Below are positions 40,498 through 50,302 of a stretch of 64,000 bases of DNA, one piece after another; position 1 is the first letter of the stretch, and each line of letters opens with the position of its first letter. Under the pieces are notes generated by a model. It ran no database searches and was not told the origin of the DNA. It saw only the letters and a list, made by a program, of their open reading frames with translations. Source of the stretch: Longimicrobiales bacterium (lineage in GTDB: Bacteria; Gemmatimonadota; Gemmatimonadetes; Longimicrobiales; Gaopeijiaceae); the NCBI GenBank assembly GCA_965203485.1, contig OZ241892.1:2784001-2848000 (forward strand), read 5' to 3'. The translations under genes were made by a program, and so were the position numbers.

Positions 40498-42101
40498 GAC
40501 GCGGACGGGCAAGCCACACCGCGGGCGGAGGAGCCGACGCGCGACGGACACGGCGCTGCAATGCCTCGCGGCTCCGCGGCTCCGCTCGCGCGCCCGTGCA
40601 AGTCGTAGAATCCGCCCCGGCGATAGCTCTCGTCGAGGATTTCTACGGGGTGCAGCACTGGAAGGCGGCTGCCGCGCAGGCGAAGCCCCGCTCCTATCTG
40701 CATGATGCAGCCTGGGTTGCCGGTCGCCACAGCCCCGGCGCCGGCCGCCAGCGCCGCGTCCACCTTGTCTCCGCCGATCCATCCGCCCAACTCGGGTTGG
40801 ACAAGTCCATAGATGCCTGCGCCGCCGCAACACTCGGCTGCGTTCCGCAACGGCTCCGCGTCGAGGCCGGGCACCGCCTGCAACAGCGCTTCCGCGCTTC
40901 GGCGCACTCCCTGCGCGTGAAGCAGGTGGCAGGGCTCGTCGCAAGCGACCTTGGCGCGCACGGGCGCTCCCTCGACGGCGCCGCTCCTGGCAAGCAGCTG
41001 CGACACATCCTCGACGCGCGCACCGACGTCCGCCGCAGGCTCGGCGAAGCGGATGTCGCGGGCCAGGATGTCGCCGTACGAAGCCATCGCGGCTCCGCAA
41101 CCGGAGGCGTTCACTCCGATGAATTCCGCGCCCGCCCGCCGGAACGCCGCCACGTTTCGGCGGGCCATGGCGCGGGCGGCGGGCAGGTCGCCGGCATGGG
41201 CGTGCAGGGCTCCGCAACAGCCTTGCCCAGGCGCCGCGACGACATGGTAGCCGTTGGTCTCCAACACCCGCCTGGTGGCCGCGTTGACGCGTCCGAACAG
41301 GCCGCCTTGCACGCATCCGTCGAGCAGCGCCACCGAAAGACGCGGTGCAGCCGTCCCGTCGCGGCGAACGGCTTCGCGGGCCGGCGTCGGACGAGCGGGG
41401 GGCGCCACCGGAGGACGCCGGGCGCCCGTCCCGTCGCGGGCGTGCTCGACCGAGATGGGCGCTGCGGCGCCGCGGCCGGTCCGCGCCCGTCGTCTGCCGG
41501 CCAGCTTCGCGGGCGCGGACGCCGCCAGCATCGCCGCCGCGAACTTCAGCCGACGGGCCGCCCGGGCCTTGACGGGCGCCGCCGCCACCAACGCGGGAAA
41601 CCGCGTTGCGCGGAGCAACCGAGCGCCGGCCATCGCCGGACGCGCCACCCATCCAGTCCCGAACACGCGCAACAGGGCGCGGGTCGCCAACCCCGGGCGC
41701 CTCGCTTCGCGGCCCACGTGGCGAGCCAGCTCCAAGAGATGTCCGTAGGCGACGCCTGCCGGGCAAGCGGGCTCGCAGGCCCTGCATCCGAGGCACCGGC
41801 CGACATGCTCCTGGAAGGCGTCCGAGCCCGCGTCGAGCCGGCCCTCGACCACCGCCTGCATCAGGTAGAGACGTCCTCTCGGCGAGTCGGCCTCGTCGCC
41901 CAGCCGACGGTACGTGGGGCAGGCCGGCAGGCAGAAGCCGCAGTGGACGCAGTTGAGAAGACCCTGGCGTTGATCGTCGAGGGCCTGCTGCAAGCGCGTC
42001 GCGGCCCCGTGGGCAGACCTCTGGTTCGCGCGACCAGGCCCGCCGGGCGGTCCCGAAGTCTGCAAGCACGCCGCGTCGTCGTGGCCGGACGTACGCACCA
42101 A
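40494..42101 (-). CDS. glcF: Glycolate oxidase iron-sulfur subunit
   Basis: CVHCGFCLPACPTY; SPRGR; CLGCRACEPACP; CCGALHAH; CCGGAGIY; NPGCIMQI. Confidence 0.88.
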   Translation of the reverse strand: MVRTSGHDDAACLQTSGPPGGPGRANQRSAHGAATRLQQALDDQRQGLLNCVHCGFCLPACPTYRRLGDEADSPRGRLYLMQAVVEGRLDAGSDAFQEHVGRCLGCRACEPACPAGVAYGHLLELARHVGREARRPGLATRALLRVFGTGWVARPAMAGARLLRATRFPALVAAAPVKARAARRLKFAAAMLAASAPAKLAGRRRARTGRGAAAPISVEHARDGTGARRPPVAPPARPTPAREAVRRDGTAAPRLSVALLDGCVQGGLFGRVNAATRRVLETNGYHVVAAPGQGCCGALHAHAGDLPAARAMARRNVAAFRRAGAEFIGVNASGCGAAMASYGDILARDIRFAEPAADVGARVEDVSQLLARSGAVEGAPVRAKVACDEPCHLLHAQGVRRSAEALLQAVPGLDAEPLRNAAECCGGAGIYGLVQPELGGWIGGDKVDAALAAGAGAVATGNPGCIMQIGAGLRLRGSRLPVLHPVEILDESYRRGGFYDLHGRASGAAEPRGIAAPCPSRVGSSARGVACPSAS

Positions 42102-42102
42102 C

Positions 42103-45100
42103 TCAAGCTCGCCGGGCCGCAAGCACGCCGCCCGGATCGAAGAGCTCCTTGATGCGATCAGCGAGCGCCGCCCGGCCCTTGGCCTCGCGCGTCCAGCCGA
42201 CCGCGTCGCCGACGGACTGCGGAGCTTGGCTTACCACGAGAGAACCACCCACGGATTCGACGGCGCCGCGGGCGTCGGCCAGCCGCGATGCGGCCGACTG
42301 CGCCGCCTCGGGCAACTCGACGACCTTCACCCTCGCAGTCCCCTGAAGCGCGTGCGCCCGCACCTCGCCGGCCCACGCCGCCGACAGCTCGCGGGCCGCG
42401 CGCAACGTGCGCCCGAGCCGCGACGGCAGGGCCGAAAGCCGCACGACGAGGCTCGCGTCCGCTTCCCATGCGTCCCAACCCTCGGACGGAGTCTGTCTCG
42501 CGAGCCAAGCGGCAAGGCGCGCGTCGGCCTGCCGCCCGGCGCCGGGCGCTTCGCCCGGCCCTCCTCCGCTCAAGACGCGCACGGCCCATGCGGCGTCCCG
42601 GACGACTTCGCCGGCCAAGGCGTCCACCCGCTGGACCGTCTCCTCCGCTTCGGCCCTGCCTCCGGTTATCCGCGCGACCACCACCATCCGGTCGCGCGCG
42701 ACGCCGAACAGTTCCACCGCCGCCAGCGGCAACGGACTCGCGCCCAGACCACCGGCCAGCTCCAGGATCTGCGCGTCGTCGGCGGCCCATGCGACCAGCA
42801 CGTCCGACTCCGGCTTCGGAAAGACGCGAACCGACACGCTGGTCAAGATCGCCAGGCTGCCCCGGCTTCCCGTCGCCAAGCGCACCAGGTCGTAGCCGGC
42901 GACGTTCTTCACCACGCGTCCGCCGAACTTGAGGCGCCGCCCGTCGCCGGTCACCATATCCAAGCCCAGCACGTTGTCGCGCACGCCGCCGTACTTGCCG
43001 GCCATCGGCCCCGGGGCGCCGGTGGCCACGAGTCCTCCGATCGTGCCGCCGAGCGCGCCCGGGGTGTCCAGCGGAAGCCATTGGCCCGAGGCCGACAGCT
43101 TCGAGACCAAGTCGGGAGTCCCCCGTCCCGAGGCAGATGCGTCCATGCCGGATGCACGCGGCGACCTCAGCCTGCGGCCGGCGCCCGCCGTGAGCGTCAG
43201 GTCGGCGGGCTCGTAGCTCTCCAGCCGGTCGAGGCGCGCCGTCGAAAGCACAATCCGTGCCTCGCGCACCCGACTGCCGGGCGCAAGCCAGCTCCCCCGC
43301 CCCGCTGGCAGGACGGAGGCTCCCGTTTCGTTGGCCGCCTCGACCAATGCCTGCACTTCGTCCGCCGAGCGCGGGAAGAAGACGGCGTCGGCGACCACCC
43401 CCGGGGCCCACGAGCGCGCCGGCGCGCCGACCAGCGCCTCTAGCGGACCCGCGTACGCCTCCCCGGCAGAGGCTTCCGGCGGGCGCCGCGCGTCGCCTCC
43501 GCAGACGACGTCTTTTCCGGCGCCGAACCCAGCCAGCCGAAGAGTTTCCGCAACCGCGCCGGGCAGGCGGCTCGCGAAGCGGGCGGCGGCTCGCCCTCCG
43601 GGGGCATCGGGCGATCCGTCTCCCCCGCCGATCTCCGCCTCGCGGCGGGCCGCGGCTCGCCCATCCTCGACATCGGTGGGCCCCCGCTTCGCGACCGGCG
43701 CTTCCCAGTCGGCCGGCGGGGCGCCCGGCAACACTTTGCCGGGATTGAAGACCCCGTTCGGATCGAAGGCTCGCCGCAGGCCCCACATGACGCGCATCTC
43801 GTCGGGACCGTAGACGAGCGGCATGTACGACTTCTTGTCGATCCCGATGCCGTGCTCGCCCGTGATCGTGCCGCCGGCGTCCACGCAGACCCGCATGATC
43901 TCGGCCGACGCCTTTTCGACGCGGGCCATCTCGGCGGCGTCGGAGCGGTCGAAGAGGATGTTGGGGTGGAGGTTGCCGTCGCCCGCGTGAAAGACGTTGG
44001 CCACCACAAGCTCGGCCTCCCGGGAGATATCGGAGATCCTGCCCAGCACTGCGGGGAGCGCGCTGCGGGGCACCGTCGCGTCCTGCACGAGCAGATCGGG
44101 AGCGATGCGGCCCATCGCGCCGAAAGCCTTCTTGCGGCCCTGCCACAAAGCCGCCCGGTCCGCTTCTTCGCGAGCATCCCTGACTTCCGCGGCGCCGGCC
44201 TCTTCGCAACACCGCCGCGCGCGCGAGGCCTCGTCGTCGAGCCCAGCCTCCAGACCGTCGAACTCCACCACCAGGGCGGCCTCGGCGTCCCTCGGATAGC
44301 CGGCGGCGAAGACGCTGTCCTCGACTGCGCGGATCGTTGGCCCGTCGATGATCTCCATCGCCGCGGGCAGGAGTCCGGCGCCCACGATCGCCGACACCGC
44401 GCGGCCGGCGTCCTCCAGGCGGTCGAATATGGCGAGCAGCGTCCGCACGGCTTCGGGCGTCGGCACGAGCCCGACCTCGATCTCCGCCGCGACGCCGAAG
44501 CACCCTTCCGAGCCGACGAAGAGCCCGGCCAGGTCGTATCCGCCCGTCTCCCTGCCCCGTCCGCCCAGCTGCACGAGCGATCCGTCGCCCAGCACCACGG
44601 CCAAGCCGGTCACGTAGCGCGAGGTCACGCCGTACTTGAGGCAGTGCGGGCCGCCGGAGTTCTCCGCCACGTTGCCGCCGACCGTGCAGGCGGACTGCGA
44701 CGAGGGGTCCGGCGCGTAGTGGAGGCCGTGGGGAGCCGCCGCGGCCGACAGCTCCGCGTTGATCGCGCCCGGTTGCAGGCGCATCCGGCGGTTCGCGGGA
44801 TCCACCTCCAGGATGCGGTTCATGCGCGCCGTGCCGACCACGACTTCGCCGCCGACGGCCACGGCGCCGCCCGAGAGCCCGGTGCCCGCCCCTCGCGGCA
44901 CGATGGCGAGGCCACGAGCCGACAGCGCCCTGACCGAGGCGCGGAGCTCGTCCGTGCTGCGCGGGAGCACGACCGCGCTGGGGCGGTGGCGGTAGGCGGT
45001 CAGCCCGTCCGACTCGTAGGCGAGCAACCGGTCGCGCTCGGCGATCACTCCGTCCCGGCCGCAGATGCCGGAGAGCTCGGCCAGCAAGCGGGCCGAAACC

Positions 45101-45177
45101 GCGCCGGCCGTCACGGGCGGCGACGATTGCGGACGCGTCCCGCGCGAACGGAGCTTCGACGCACCGGGCGGAGTCAT
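42103..45177 (-). CDS. glcD: Fused GlcD-GlcE FAD-linked oxidase
   Basis: N half: PRGAGTGLSGG, PDPSS, CLKYGVT, HAGDGNLHP, GEHGIG. C half: YEPADLT, GGRVVKNVAGYDL, FDPGGVL. One frame. Confidence 0.88.
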   Translation of the reverse strand: MTPPGASKLRSRGTRPQSSPPVTAGAVSARLLAELSGICGRDGVIAERDRLLAYESDGLTAYRHRPSAVVLPRSTDELRASVRALSARGLAIVPRGAGTGLSGGAVAVGGEVVVGTARMNRILEVDPANRRMRLQPGAINAELSAAAAPHGLHYAPDPSSQSACTVGGNVAENSGGPHCLKYGVTSRYVTGLAVVLGDGSLVQLGGRGRETGGYDLAGLFVGSEGCFGVAAEIEVGLVPTPEAVRTLLAIFDRLEDAGRAVSAIVGAGLLPAAMEIIDGPTIRAVEDSVFAAGYPRDAEAALVVEFDGLEAGLDDEASRARRCCEEAGAAEVRDAREEADRAALWQGRKKAFGAMGRIAPDLLVQDATVPRSALPAVLGRISDISREAELVVANVFHAGDGNLHPNILFDRSDAAEMARVEKASAEIMRVCVDAGGTITGEHGIGIDKKSYMPLVYGPDEMRVMWGLRRAFDPNGVFNPGKVLPGAPPADWEAPVAKRGPTDVEDGRAAARREAEIGGGDGSPDAPGGRAAARFASRLPGAVAETLRLAGFGAGKDVVCGGDARRPPEASAGEAYAGPLEALVGAPARSWAPGVVADAVFFPRSADEVQALVEAANETGASVLPAGRGSWLAPGSRVREARIVLSTARLDRLESYEPADLTLTAGAGRRLRSPRASGMDASASGRGTPDLVSKLSASGQWLPLDTPGALGGTIGGLVATGAPGPMAGKYGGVRDNVLGLDMVTGDGRRLKFGGRVVKNVAGYDLVRLATGSRGSLAILTSVSVRVFPKPESDVLVAWAADDAQILELAGGLGASPLPLAAVELFGVARDRMVVVARITGGRAEAEETVQRVDALAGEVVRDAAWAVRVLSGGGPGEAPGAGRQADARLAAWLARQTPSEGWDAWEADASLVVRLSALPSRLGRTLRAARELSAAWAGEVRAHALQGTARVKVVELPEAAQSAASRLADARGAVESVGGSLVVSQAPQSVGDAVGWTREAKGRAALADRIKELFDPGGVLAARRA

Positions 45178-45187
45178 CCGGCAGAAC

Positions 45188-46003
45188 CTATTCGGCGGTT
45201 GCGATGTGGTCCAGAATGGCCTGCACCGTCTTGCAGGCCATCGCGAACACGTCCTCCGGCAACTCGCCGTAGACGCGAGCGGCCAACCCCTCGGGATCGG
45301 CGCCGGCGCCGGCGCCCAGCGCCCGGCGGACCTGCTCGATTCGCTCCAGCCTGTGCCGCCGAAAGCGCGCCACCGCCTCCGCCGGACGGTAGACGGGCCC
45401 GCCGTGTCCCGGAAGCAGGACCCGCGGCGCGAGCGCTTCCAAGCGGTTCAGCGACTCCAAGTAGTCGGACACGGCGCCGGGATACTCGCCGATCCATGTG
45501 GTGTCGCCCTCGCCCAGCACGAGATCGCCCGTGAAGACGACGCCCGTCCCTTGGAGATGGAAGCAGAAGTGGCGTTCGGCGTGGCCGGGCGTGGAGACGG
45601 CGACGAGGGCTCCCGCGCTGGTCTCGAAGACGTCGCCGTCCGCCAGCGGCGCGCTCCCCCCGGGGCCGATCACGCGCACCCCTCCCAGCAACCGGGCCAG
45701 CGCGGAGGCTCCGGCGGCGTGGTCGGCGTGGGCGTGCGTAAGCAGGATCACGACCTGCCGCGAACCCTCCGCGGCGGCGGCGGGCCGGTGCGGTGCAGGG
45801 CCGGCGGGAGACGGAAGCGGGCCCGCGGCCTGCCGAGGTCCGGATGCGGCGCGGGCGAGAGCGGCGACGTGCGCGTCGGCGGCAGGTCCGGGATCGACCA
45901 CCGCCGCGGCGCCGCCCTCGCCGACGACGTAGCTCCGCGTGCCGTCGAAGGTGAAGGGCCCCGGGTTCGGGGCGAGGACGGAGCGGACGCCGGGGACGCT
46001 CAT
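45188..46003 (-). CDS. MBL-fold metallo-hydrolase
   Basis: APNPGPFTFDGT; THAHADH; TPGH; FTGD; LPGHG. Confidence 0.9.
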   Translation of the reverse strand: MSVPGVRSVLAPNPGPFTFDGTRSYVVGEGGAAAVVDPGPAADAHVAALARAASGPRQAAGPLPSPAGPAPHRPAAAAEGSRQVVILLTHAHADHAAGASALARLLGGVRVIGPGGSAPLADGDVFETSAGALVAVSTPGHAERHFCFHLQGTGVVFTGDLVLGEGDTTWIGEYPGAVSDYLESLNRLEALAPRVLLPGHGGPVYRPAEAVARFRRHRLERIEQVRRALGAGAGADPEGLAARVYGELPEDVFAMACKTVQAILDHIATAE

Positions 46004-46048
46004 GCGCAGACTCGTCGCGTCCCCCGGCCACGCGGTCCGCCCGGCCGG

Positions 46049-46519
46049 TCAGCGCCGTTCGTTCGCGATCTGCTCGGCCAGCTTGTCGGCGACCATCTGC
46101 ACGGCCACCTCGTCCTGGTCGGTGAAGGCCGCCTCTTGGTGCGAATCGATGTCGATCTGCCCGAAGATGTCCGCGCCGGCCCGGACCAGCACCACCAGCT
46201 CGGACTTCACGTCGGGGCTGCAGGCCAAGTAGCCGTCGAAAGCGCCCACGTCCGGCACGTTGATGTTGGCGCCCTGGGCGACCGCAGTCCCGCAGACCCC
46301 CTGCCCCACCGGAATCTTGACGTGCTCCGTGCCCGCGCCGACGTAGTTGTGCAACCACAACTCGGACGCCCCGTGGTCGAGCAGATACGCCCCGACCCAG
46401 TCGAAGCGCTCGTCGCCGCGGTGAAGCGACCGCACCGTGTGGCGGAGGAGAGCGTCCGAGAGGTGCCCTTCCTCCCTCATGCTCTGGAGCTCTCCGATCA
46501 GCAAGCGCGCGTCTACCAT
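46049..46519 (-). CDS. GAF domain protein (free methionine-R-sulfoxide reductase-like)
   Basis: WVGAY; IPVGQGVCGTA; VPDV...YLAC...KSELVV; IDIDS. Confidence 0.85.
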   Translation of the reverse strand: MVDARLLIGELQSMREEGHLSDALLRHTVRSLHRGDERFDWVGAYLLDHGASELWLHNYVGAGTEHVKIPVGQGVCGTAVAQGANINVPDVGAFDGYLACSPDVKSELVVLVRAGADIFGQIDIDSHQEAAFTDQDEVAVQMVADKLAEQIANERR

Positions 46520-46625
46520 GGACGGAATATAAGCAAGGGCGGAAATCGCCGGGGAGCACTCCGGCGCGCGCGCCAGGCGCCGTCGGCTTCCTGGGCGAAC
46601 CGCGCGCCTGCCGGGGATTCCCGCG

Positions 46626-47693
46626 TCACCGGCGCGCGAAGTCCGTCGCCCCGTCCATGCGTTCGACGAAGGCTGCCAGCAGGCGCGCCGCGTGGAACAG
46701 GTCGGAGGTGGCAACCACTTCGCTGGGCGAGTGCATGTAGCGGTTGGGCACGGAGACCAGTCCGGTCGGGATGCCGCCGCGCACCGAGTGGATGGCGTCC
46801 GCGTCGGTGCTGGTCCGCAACGGCGCAGCTTGGATCGTGTAGGGGATCTCGAGGCTGTCGGCGGTCTCGGCGAGCGCCTCGAAGACGGCTGGATGCGCAG
46901 CCGAACCCCGCGTCAAGACGGGACCGCTGCCCAGGGGGTGGTCTCCCACCTTGCTCTCCTCGGCGTCGGGAACGTCGGTCGCGTGCGTCACGTCCACGAC
47001 CAGGGCCGCGTCGGGCGCGATCTCGAACGCGCTCGGCCGGGCTCCGCCGCCGGAGTAGCCGATCTCCTCCTGCGAAGTGGCCACCGCCACCGCGCCCGCA
47101 ACGCCGTTCCCCTGCCCGATCAGCCGCAACGCTTCCAGAACCACGAAGGCGCCGACCCGGTTGTCCACGGCCCGGCTCGCCAAGCGGTCGCCCGCCAAGT
47201 GCACTACTCCGTGGTCGAGCACGGCCGGATCGCCAACCCGAATCCCCAGCTTGCGAATCTCCTTCAGCGACGACGCTCCCACGTCGATCCACAGCTTCTT
47301 CACTTGCGCCACCTTCTTGCGCTCCTCGGCTTCCATGAGGTGGACCGCCTTGCGACCGATCACGCCGAGCACGTCGCCCGCCGCCGTCAGGATTCTCGCT
47401 CGCTGGCCGACCAGCACCTGGGGGTCCCAGCCGCCGATCGTCCCGAAGTAGAGCAGCCCCGATTCGTCCGCGTGCGTGACTTGCAGCCCGATCTCGTCGA
47501 TGTGGCCGGCGAGCAGCGCCAACGGCCGGGCGTCGCGCCGCACCGCCGCGCAGGAGTTGCCCGCCACGTCGGACCACACGTCGTCCGCGAAGCCCTTCGC
47601 CTCGTCTCGCCACACCCGCGCCGGCCGAGTCTCGAAGCCGGACGGCCCCGGCTCCACCAGAAGGCGCTCCAGAAACGGCAACCCGCCGCTCAC
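46626..47693 (-). CDS. M42-family aminopeptidase
   Basis: GPSGFE; AGHIDEIG; DNRVG; QEEIG; VDVTHA; RYMHSP. Confidence 0.92.
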   Translation of the reverse strand: MSGGLPFLERLLVEPGPSGFETRPARVWRDEAKGFADDVWSDVAGNSCAAVRRDARPLALLAGHIDEIGLQVTHADESGLLYFGTIGGWDPQVLVGQRARILTAAGDVLGVIGRKAVHLMEAEERKKVAQVKKLWIDVGASSLKEIRKLGIRVGDPAVLDHGVVHLAGDRLASRAVDNRVGAFVVLEALRLIGQGNGVAGAVAVATSQEEIGYSGGGARPSAFEIAPDAALVVDVTHATDVPDAEESKVGDHPLGSGPVLTRGSAAHPAVFEALAETADSLEIPYTIQAAPLRTSTDADAIHSVRGGIPTGLVSVPNRYMHSPSEVVATSDLFHAARLLAAFVERMDGATDFARR

Positions 47694-47763
47694 GGCCCAC
47701 CCCGTGCCGGCCCGACGCCTTGGCGGCCCGGTTCGCGGCCGCGTTCGACGAAGGCCCAGCCGC

Positions 47764-48222
47764 TCACCGTTCGCCGCCGTTCGGCCGAGTCCCGACGTCG
47801 GCGGTGCCCGTCCGGGTCGCGCCCCGTGGGCCGAACACGCTGAACTGGACTTCGCCCGCGCTCACGCGCGACTCGAGGGCCCGCCGAATGCGAGACCGCA
47901 ACCAGCCGCGCGAAACCGGCAAGACCAGGCCGAAGCCCGCCACGTCCGTCAAGATGCCCGGCGTAAGCAGCAAGGCGCCGCCCAAGAGCACGGCCAAGCC
48001 GTCGAGCAGCGCCCCTCCCGGCAACTCGCCGGCCGCCATCTGTTCCTGCACGGCCCCAAGCGCGCGCAGTCCCTGTTGGCGAGCCAGCGCGGCGCCGCCG
48101 ATTCCCGTCGCCACCACGAGCGCGATCGTGGGCGCGAGCCCGACGCGCTGCCCGACTTGGAGGAGCAGGGCCAGCTCCACGAGAGGCACGATCACGAAGA
48201 TCAACATGAGCCGGCTCAGCAT
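47764..48222 (-). CDS. fxsA: FxsA-family membrane protein
   Basis: VPLVELALL...GGALLLTPGILTD. Confidence 0.9.
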   Translation of the reverse strand: MLSRLMLIFVIVPLVELALLLQVGQRVGLAPTIALVVATGIGGAALARQQGLRALGAVQEQMAAGELPGGALLDGLAVLLGGALLLTPGILTDVAGFGLVLPVSRGWLRSRIRRALESRVSAGEVQFSVFGPRGATRTGTADVGTRPNGGER

Positions 48223-48551
48223 TTCATTCATCCTCCTCCAAAGCGAGAAAGGCGGCCGTTCGCCCTGGACGGCCGCGAAGCCCCGCCCCAGCGCATTCCT
48301 CCGAGTGCGCGAACGGCCGACTTGGACACGCACCTCCAAGAACGGCGAGAGGCCCCGTCTCCGAGCGCACGGAAGACCGCCGGGCGACGCGCCGTTCGAA
48401 AGATACCCGTTTCGGCTCCGATCTTGTATGTTGCCTGCAAGGCGAACCGCGGCGGTCGCGGGCGCGTCGCTTTGCGGGCCCGGACCGCGCACGTCGGTCG
48501 GCGACGCTTGCGGGAGCGGCGGCGCGGAGGCCGAGGGAGGGGACCGGCCGA

Positions 48552-48977
48552 ATGTCCGGCAACGCCAAGCCAGCTCGGGCGTGGCTCGTCTACGACGGCG
48601 AGTGCCCGCTCTGCAATCGCTATGCTCGCTACGCGGACGTGAGGCGGGCGGTCGGCGACCTCGTTCTCGTGGACGCCCGCCGGGGCGGACCCTTGGTCGC
48701 CCAACTCAAGGAGTCCTTCGACTTGGACAACGGAATGGTGCTCAAGCTCGACAATCGGTGCTACTACGGGCCGGAAGCGCTGCGGATGCTGGCGCGGCTC
48801 TCCGGCGGGCAGGGCGCGTTCAGCAGGCTCAACCGGCTCCTCTTTCGGGATCGAACCGGGGCGCGCTTGGGCTATCCGCTGCTCAAGCTGGGACGGCGGG
48901 CGCTCCTGGGCCTGCGCGGCGTCGGCCCGATTCCCTCGTCCAGCCCGATTCCCTCGTCCAGCGAGCGGGGACGATGA
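48552..48977 (+). CDS. DCC1-like thiol-disulfide oxidoreductase (DUF393)
   Basis: LVYDGECPLC; YPLLKLGRRALL. Confidence 0.85.
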   Translation: MSGNAKPARAWLVYDGECPLCNRYARYADVRRAVGDLVLVDARRGGPLVAQLKESFDLDNGMVLKLDNRCYYGPEALRMLARLSGGQGAFSRLNRLLFRDRTGARLGYPLLKLGRRALLGLRGVGPIPSSSPIPSSSERGR

Positions 48978-50233
48978 GTTCCGGGACTGCGGCCCCCGCG
49001 GCCAAGCTCAGGACGGTCGGCGCCGGGCCCAGGTACTTCCGCAAGGGCTTCGGACTCAAGACCGAGGTCAAGCCGCTCATCGACGCCGAGTACCAGTCCG
49101 CGCTCGTGGAAAGACTCCGGTCGAGGGGATACGAGGACCAGTTCGGCGACGTCGCCGTCCGGCTGGCCAAGGAGTTCGGCTTCTGCTACGGCGTGGACCG
49201 GGCCGTGGACTACGCGTACGAGACGAGGCACAAGTTTCCCGAGAAGCGGGTCTATCTCGTCGGAGAGATCATCCACAATCCGCACGTGAACCACCGCCTC
49301 GAGGAGAAGGGCATCGAGTTCATCTACCCTGAGCCCGGGCGGGGCTTCGACTTCCGCCACGTGACCGAGCATGACGTGGTCATCATTCCCGCGTTCGGGG
49401 TGACTACCCACGACATGGACTCGCTCAAGGCGACCGGTTGCGTCTTGGTGGACACGACGTGCGGATCGGTGCTGCTCGTGTGGAAGCGCGTGGCGACCTA
49501 TGCGCGCGACGGATTCACCGCCGTCATCCACGGCAAGCACCGGCACGAGGAATCACGTGCCACGGCCAGCCAAGTGCACCGGCACCCAGGCGGCCGGTAT
49601 CTCGTGATTCGGGACATGGCCGAAGCCGAGCTGGTGGGCGAATACATGACGGGGCGTGACGGGGGCTTGAGCCGCGAAGACTTCCTGGGACGGTTTCGCG
49701 ATCGCTCGTCGGCGGACTTCGACCCGGACAAGGACCTGCGGAAGATCGGCGTGGCAAACCAGACCACCATGCTGGCGACCGAATCGCTGGCGATCGGCGC
49801 CCGCCTGCGCGAAATGATGGCCGAGACCTTCGGCGAAGATCACGCGGCCGCGCACTTCCGCTCGTTCGGCACCATCTGTTCTGCCACCCAGGAGCGTCAG
49901 GACGCGGTGATCGAGATGATGCAAGATCCGCCCGACGTGATGATCGTGCTCGGCGGCTACAACTCGTCCAACACCAATCACTTGGCGCAACTCTGTCGCC
50001 GCTACACGACAACTTTCCACATCGCGGACGCCGACTGCATCGACACGGAGACCGGCCGCATCCGCCACAAGCCCGTCCTTGCCGCCGAGGCGCCCGAGGT
50101 GGTGGACGAGGACTGGCTGCCCGCGGGCCCGTTCGAGCTGGGTCTGACCGCCGGCGCCTCGTCCCCCAACAACAAGATCGGCGAGGCGCTGCTGCGCGTG
50201 CTGGCGGTTCGAAACGTGGAGGTGGAGCTGTAG
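48974..50233 (+). CDS. ispH: 4-hydroxy-3-methylbut-2-enyl diphosphate reductase
   Basis: FGFCYGVDRA; EIIHNPHV; DTTC; NQTTM; TICSATQERQ; NSSNT; TAGASSP. Confidence 0.95.
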   Translation: MSSGTAAPAAKLRTVGAGPRYFRKGFGLKTEVKPLIDAEYQSALVERLRSRGYEDQFGDVAVRLAKEFGFCYGVDRAVDYAYETRHKFPEKRVYLVGEIIHNPHVNHRLEEKGIEFIYPEPGRGFDFRHVTEHDVVIIPAFGVTTHDMDSLKATGCVLVDTTCGSVLLVWKRVATYARDGFTAVIHGKHRHEESRATASQVHRHPGGRYLVIRDMAEAELVGEYMTGRDGGLSREDFLGRFRDRSSADFDPDKDLRKIGVANQTTMLATESLAIGARLREMMAETFGEDHAAAHFRSFGTICSATQERQDAVIEMMQDPPDVMIVLGGYNSSNTNHLAQLCRRYTTTFHIADADCIDTETGRIRHKPVLAAEAPEVVDEDWLPAGPFELGLTAGASSPNNKIGEALLRVLAVRNVEVEL

Positions 50234-50302
50234 GTTCGGGGCGGCTTCCCCGATTCGTACGCGGCGAGCAGCGACGGAGGTCTCGGCGCGAGGGCCGGCG
50301 TC

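Noticed and set aside
39280..42069. 929-aa ORF as one protein
   Set aside because: Only 39280-40497 is the M20 peptidase; the remainder overlaps glcF out of frame.
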